Assembly: GCA_963667845.2 (NCBI GenBank)
Contig: CAXXVL010000002.1
Coordinates: 2,336,001-2,400,000 of the forward strand
Direction of reading: 5' to 3'
From: Smithellaceae bacterium
Lineage (GTDB): Bacteria; Desulfobacterota; Syntrophia; Syntrophales; Smithellaceae
DNA length: 64,000 nt
Every line of letters starts with the position of its first letter. Position 1 is the stretch's first letter. Of the stretch, positions 61,149 to 64,000 are shown in pieces. The position numbers and the translations under genes were made by a program. The notes under the pieces are model-generated. The model was not told the DNA's origin. It did not search any database and was given only the letters and a program-made list of their open reading frames with translations.

Positions 61149-62204
61149 GTGTTAAAGAAAACAACAATCGATAAATTACCCGAACTGACGGGTCACCTGA
61201 TGGAAAAAGGAACGCTCATCGCCCCGGTCAAGGAGGCCCGCGGTTTCAATTTCCGGAAAATAACCGACCCCGGGCAGGTGGATTTAATTTTTCACAATAC
61301 CATTCTCAGTCCGAAATCGGCCTTCTTTCCCCAGATGGAAGATTTTGTCCGGTACCAGACAGGCGATTCCGTCCTGGACGCAACGCCCGTCGAGCTGCAC
61401 CCCAAGCCGACATTTCTTTTCGGCGTGCGTCCCTGCGACGTGAAAAGCTTTGAGATTATGGACATCCATTTTTCCGGGACGGGTGTCACCGATCCTTACT
61501 GGCAGAAAAGACGCGAGCATACAACGATCTTCGGGTTTGCCTTCGATACCAGCGAAGCGGCGGACCCGGCGGAATTCTACCACACACTGGGCATCGGCGC
61601 CGCCGATCCCGAAGGCAGCGACATCTTCATGCTGAGGAAGGATGATGTCCTGTTCCTCCGGGCCATCACCCCCCGGGGAGAAAATCTGCTGGCCCAATTA
61701 ACGCCGCTCGAGAACGCGACGGAAGACGAATACCAGTATTTTAACGACTACATCGCGAAGGGGCACGATTATAAAACGCGTTACACCCGTGTGGATTCCC
61801 AGAAGATTGCGAAAGAGTTTGAAGCGATCTTCCATGACGCCGATTTCTGGACGAGGGTTTCCAACGCCTGCCTGAGCTGCGGCGTCTGCACCTTTGTCTG
61901 TCCCACCTGCTACTGTTTTGATATCTGCGACGAGACGCTTTTCAGCAAGGGGACACGCCGCCGGGTCTGGGATGCCTGCTTGTTTACGGATTTCACCCTC
62001 GAAGCGAGCGGCCACAATCCCCGGACGAACGTTTATCAGCGCCTCAGGCAAAAAATATCGCACAAGTATTCTTACCACATCCGCAAATACGGCGTTATCT
62101 CCTGTGTCGGCTGCGGCCGCTGCACGCGCTACTGCCCGGTCGGCATCGACATCTTCTCGATCGTGGAGCAGGCGGTGAAGACGAAATGGCATAAACGCCC
62201 GTAA
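61149..62204 (+). CDS. FlxB/AsrA-like 4Fe-4S protein
   Basis: GVRPCD, CLSCGVCTFVCPTCYC, WDAC, CVGCGRC; AAGGAG RBS before GTG 61149. Confidence 0.88.
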   Translation: MLKKTTIDKLPELTGHLMEKGTLIAPVKEARGFNFRKITDPGQVDLIFHNTILSPKSAFFPQMEDFVRYQTGDSVLDATPVELHPKPTFLFGVRPCDVKSFEIMDIHFSGTGVTDPYWQKRREHTTIFGFAFDTSEAADPAEFYHTLGIGAADPEGSDIFMLRKDDVLFLRAITPRGENLLAQLTPLENATEDEYQYFNDYIAKGHDYKTRYTRVDSQKIAKEFEAIFHDADFWTRVSNACLSCGVCTFVCPTCYCFDICDETLFSKGTRRRVWDACLFTDFTLEASGHNPRTNVYQRLRQKISHKYSYHIRKYGVISCVGCGRCTRYCPVGIDIFSIVEQAVKTKWHKRP

Positions 62205-62261
62205 AGAAAGGTTCGAGGTTCAAGGTTTCATATTTGAAGATTCAAAAGAGGATTTAATCAT

Positions 62262-63122
62262 ATGTCAGAAAACAACCCTTACATTCCCATGCCGGTGGAG
62301 ATCTCCAAGATCATCGACGAAGTGGATACACACGACATCAAGACCTTCCGTTTCACTTTTCTGAACAAGGAAGACGAGCAGAATTTTCTGTATCTGCCCG
62401 GCCAGTTTGCCGAACTGTCCATCTACGGAAAGGGAGAATCGCCGATCGGCATTGCTTCCTCGCCTACCGAACCGGGCTATGTGGAGTTTACCGTGCAGAG
62501 AGCCGGAGCCATCGTGCCGGGGCTCGTAACGGCCGCCCTGCATGATATGGAAGAAGGCGGCAAGATCGGTTTGCGCGGACCTCTGGGGCATCCCTGGCCG
62601 ATTGACTTTCTGGAAGGAAAGAACATTGTCGTCGTGGGCGGCGGCTTTGCGTTTACGACGCTCCGATCGCTGATCAATTACATGCTGCACAAGGAAAACC
62701 GGGCGCGCTTCGGCGAGATTACAGTGATCTACGGCGCCCGAACCCCCGGGCTGCTTCTGTACAAAGACGAACTGGCCCAGTGGGAAAAGCGTTACGACAT
62801 CAAGACCGTGATCACCGTGGATAAAGGCGATGAAACCTGGAAGGGACGGCAGGGGTTTGTTCCCGCGGTCTGCAAAGAGGTTGCGCCGCAGCCGGCAAAC
62901 ACCGTGGCCGTGATCTGCGGTCCGCCCGTCATGATCAAGTTCACGCTGCCGGTGTTTTTCGAGCTGGGCTTTTCCAAAGAGAACATTCTGACGTCGCTGG
63001 AAATGCGCATGAAATGCGGCATCGGCAAGTGCGGCCGCTGCAATGTCGGCTACAAGTACGTCTGCTCGGATGGTCCGGTGTTTTCACTGGCGGAGTTGGA
63101 CGAACTGCCCCGCGACTTCTGA
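62262..63122 (+). CDS. flxA: FlxA FAD/NAD-binding [2Fe-2S] subunit (paralogue)
   Basis: Same motifs as 55251..56090. Confidence 0.9.
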   Translation: MSENNPYIPMPVEISKIIDEVDTHDIKTFRFTFLNKEDEQNFLYLPGQFAELSIYGKGESPIGIASSPTEPGYVEFTVQRAGAIVPGLVTAALHDMEEGGKIGLRGPLGHPWPIDFLEGKNIVVVGGGFAFTTLRSLINYMLHKENRARFGEITVIYGARTPGLLLYKDELAQWEKRYDIKTVITVDKGDETWKGRQGFVPAVCKEVAPQPANTVAVICGPPVMIKFTLPVFFELGFSKENILTSLEMRMKCGIGKCGRCNVGYKYVCSDGPVFSLAELDELPRDF

Positions 63123-63244
63123 TGACTCCGTAAAATGACCATATGCTGCGTTCCGCTTCGTTTCGCGTCGCTGCGGCCTACAAGAGTAGGCCTCACTCCG
63201 CGACTCTCGCGCGCCTTGCCTCTGGATCATTTTCCGAAGCCATC
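63121..63244. repeat. ~120-bp palindromic element after flxA stop
   Basis: Closely similar to 59576..59696. Confidence 0.8.
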
Positions 63245-63300
63245 CGTGTGCATTTAAGTTCCTATTTACAAATCAGTATGGGTGGTATGAAAGGTCGAAA

Positions 63301-63702
63301 ATGAAGAGAATAATTGCAATCCTGGGTATCATTGTTTTCATCGCGTTGTCCGCCTTTGCCGCCGATGATGCTTTTTCGAAAATTGATAAAAACAAAGACG
63401 GCAAAATCAGCAAACAGGAATACATGGATGCCGTGACCGGCGCATTTAATGCGTATGATAAAAACGGCGACGGCATCTTAACCCGCGAGGAAATAAAGGC
63501 GATCAAGGGAATCAACGTTGAAAAATTTCTGAAAGAAACGGATGCCAACCGCGACGGCAAAATCGTCAAAGAGGAGTTCGACAGGGCTGCGGAAAAAAGA
63601 TTCAACGCCCTCGACAAAAACAAGAATGGTTACATCGATAAGAATGAGTGGCCCTCCGGCCGTTCCGGGCCTTATTCACCGTTTACGCTTTTTACATATT
63701 AA
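63301..63702 (+). CDS. Exported EF-hand protein
   Basis: Four DxNxDG-type loops (DKNKDGKIS, DKNGDGILT, DANRDGKIV, DKNKNGYID). Confidence 0.9.
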   Translation: MKRIIAILGIIVFIALSAFAADDAFSKIDKNKDGKISKQEYMDAVTGAFNAYDKNGDGILTREEIKAIKGINVEKFLKETDANRDGKIVKEEFDRAAEKRFNALDKNKNGYIDKNEWPSGRSGPYSPFTLFTY

Positions 63703-64000
63703 GAGCCATCCACGTCCGGTAAAGGAAATAGATACCGAATCCGACCAGAAACAAGCCGGCTATCATCGAGATCAGCCGGGTGATTCGTTCGTTGATGAGT
63801 TTCTTTCCCCCGTGCAGCGCGACCGCCAGAAAGAACACCCAGAGAAAACACCCGAGCAGGATCGACAGGCAGGATAGGAAAGCGGAAAGGCTGGTTTTGA
63901 ACGGCCCCTGGGAGGCCATGAGGGCTCCGAAGACGCCTGTCCACCAGACAATCGTCATGGGAGAAGAAATCGCCAGGGCAAAGCCCGCGACAAACGGCTG
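63692..64000 (-). CDS. LysE-family translocator (C-terminal part)
   Basis: FVAGFALAISSPMTIVWW...IAGLFLVGFG; frame open to window end. Confidence 0.8.
   Translation of the reverse strand, partial: QPFVAGFALAISSPMTIVWWTGVFGALMASQGPFKTSLSAFLSCLSILLGCFLWVFFLAVALHGGKKLINERITRLISMIAGLFLVGFGIYFLYRTWMALNM

Overview
64-kb window of an anaerobic bacterial chromosome. Gene content (HdrL/Hdr-Flx, selenoproteins, GTP-PEPCK, signal-peptide-bearing ATP synthase c subunit) suggests a Desulfobacterota/Syntrophales-like syntroph; this is inference only. 1-19 kb is accessory: TolC, a Sec-containing DsbA/FrnE, a 7TM-DISM GGDEF gene inside a 202-bp direct repeat, hydrolases, nested palindromic repeats and a cytochrome c/NrfC/NrfD module. 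19-46 kb is mostly core: pckG, biotin carboxylase, TRAP transporter, hisIGB-orf-hisA, HIT, YqeY, dnaG-rpoD-tRNA(CAU), RNase HI, rnpB, an orphan atpE next to an output-less Cache sensor, a HK/NtrC pair, a repeat-flanked AT-rich gene and yihA. 46.7-63.1 kb holds two tandem heterodisulfide reductase-Flx clusters. Most striking observations: (1) the primary sigma factor in the dnaG-rpoD locus has its region 4.2 (-35-binding helix-turn-helix) replaced in frame by an acidic tail, while TTGACA boxes persist in the window; (2) two in-frame UGA/SECIS selenoproteins that the ORF track splits; (3) a Sec/Cys pair of MvhD paralogues; (4) an atpE-Cache bicistron; (5) a family of ~120-bp palindromic elements. 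All calls come from motif reading by eye; no database searches were run.
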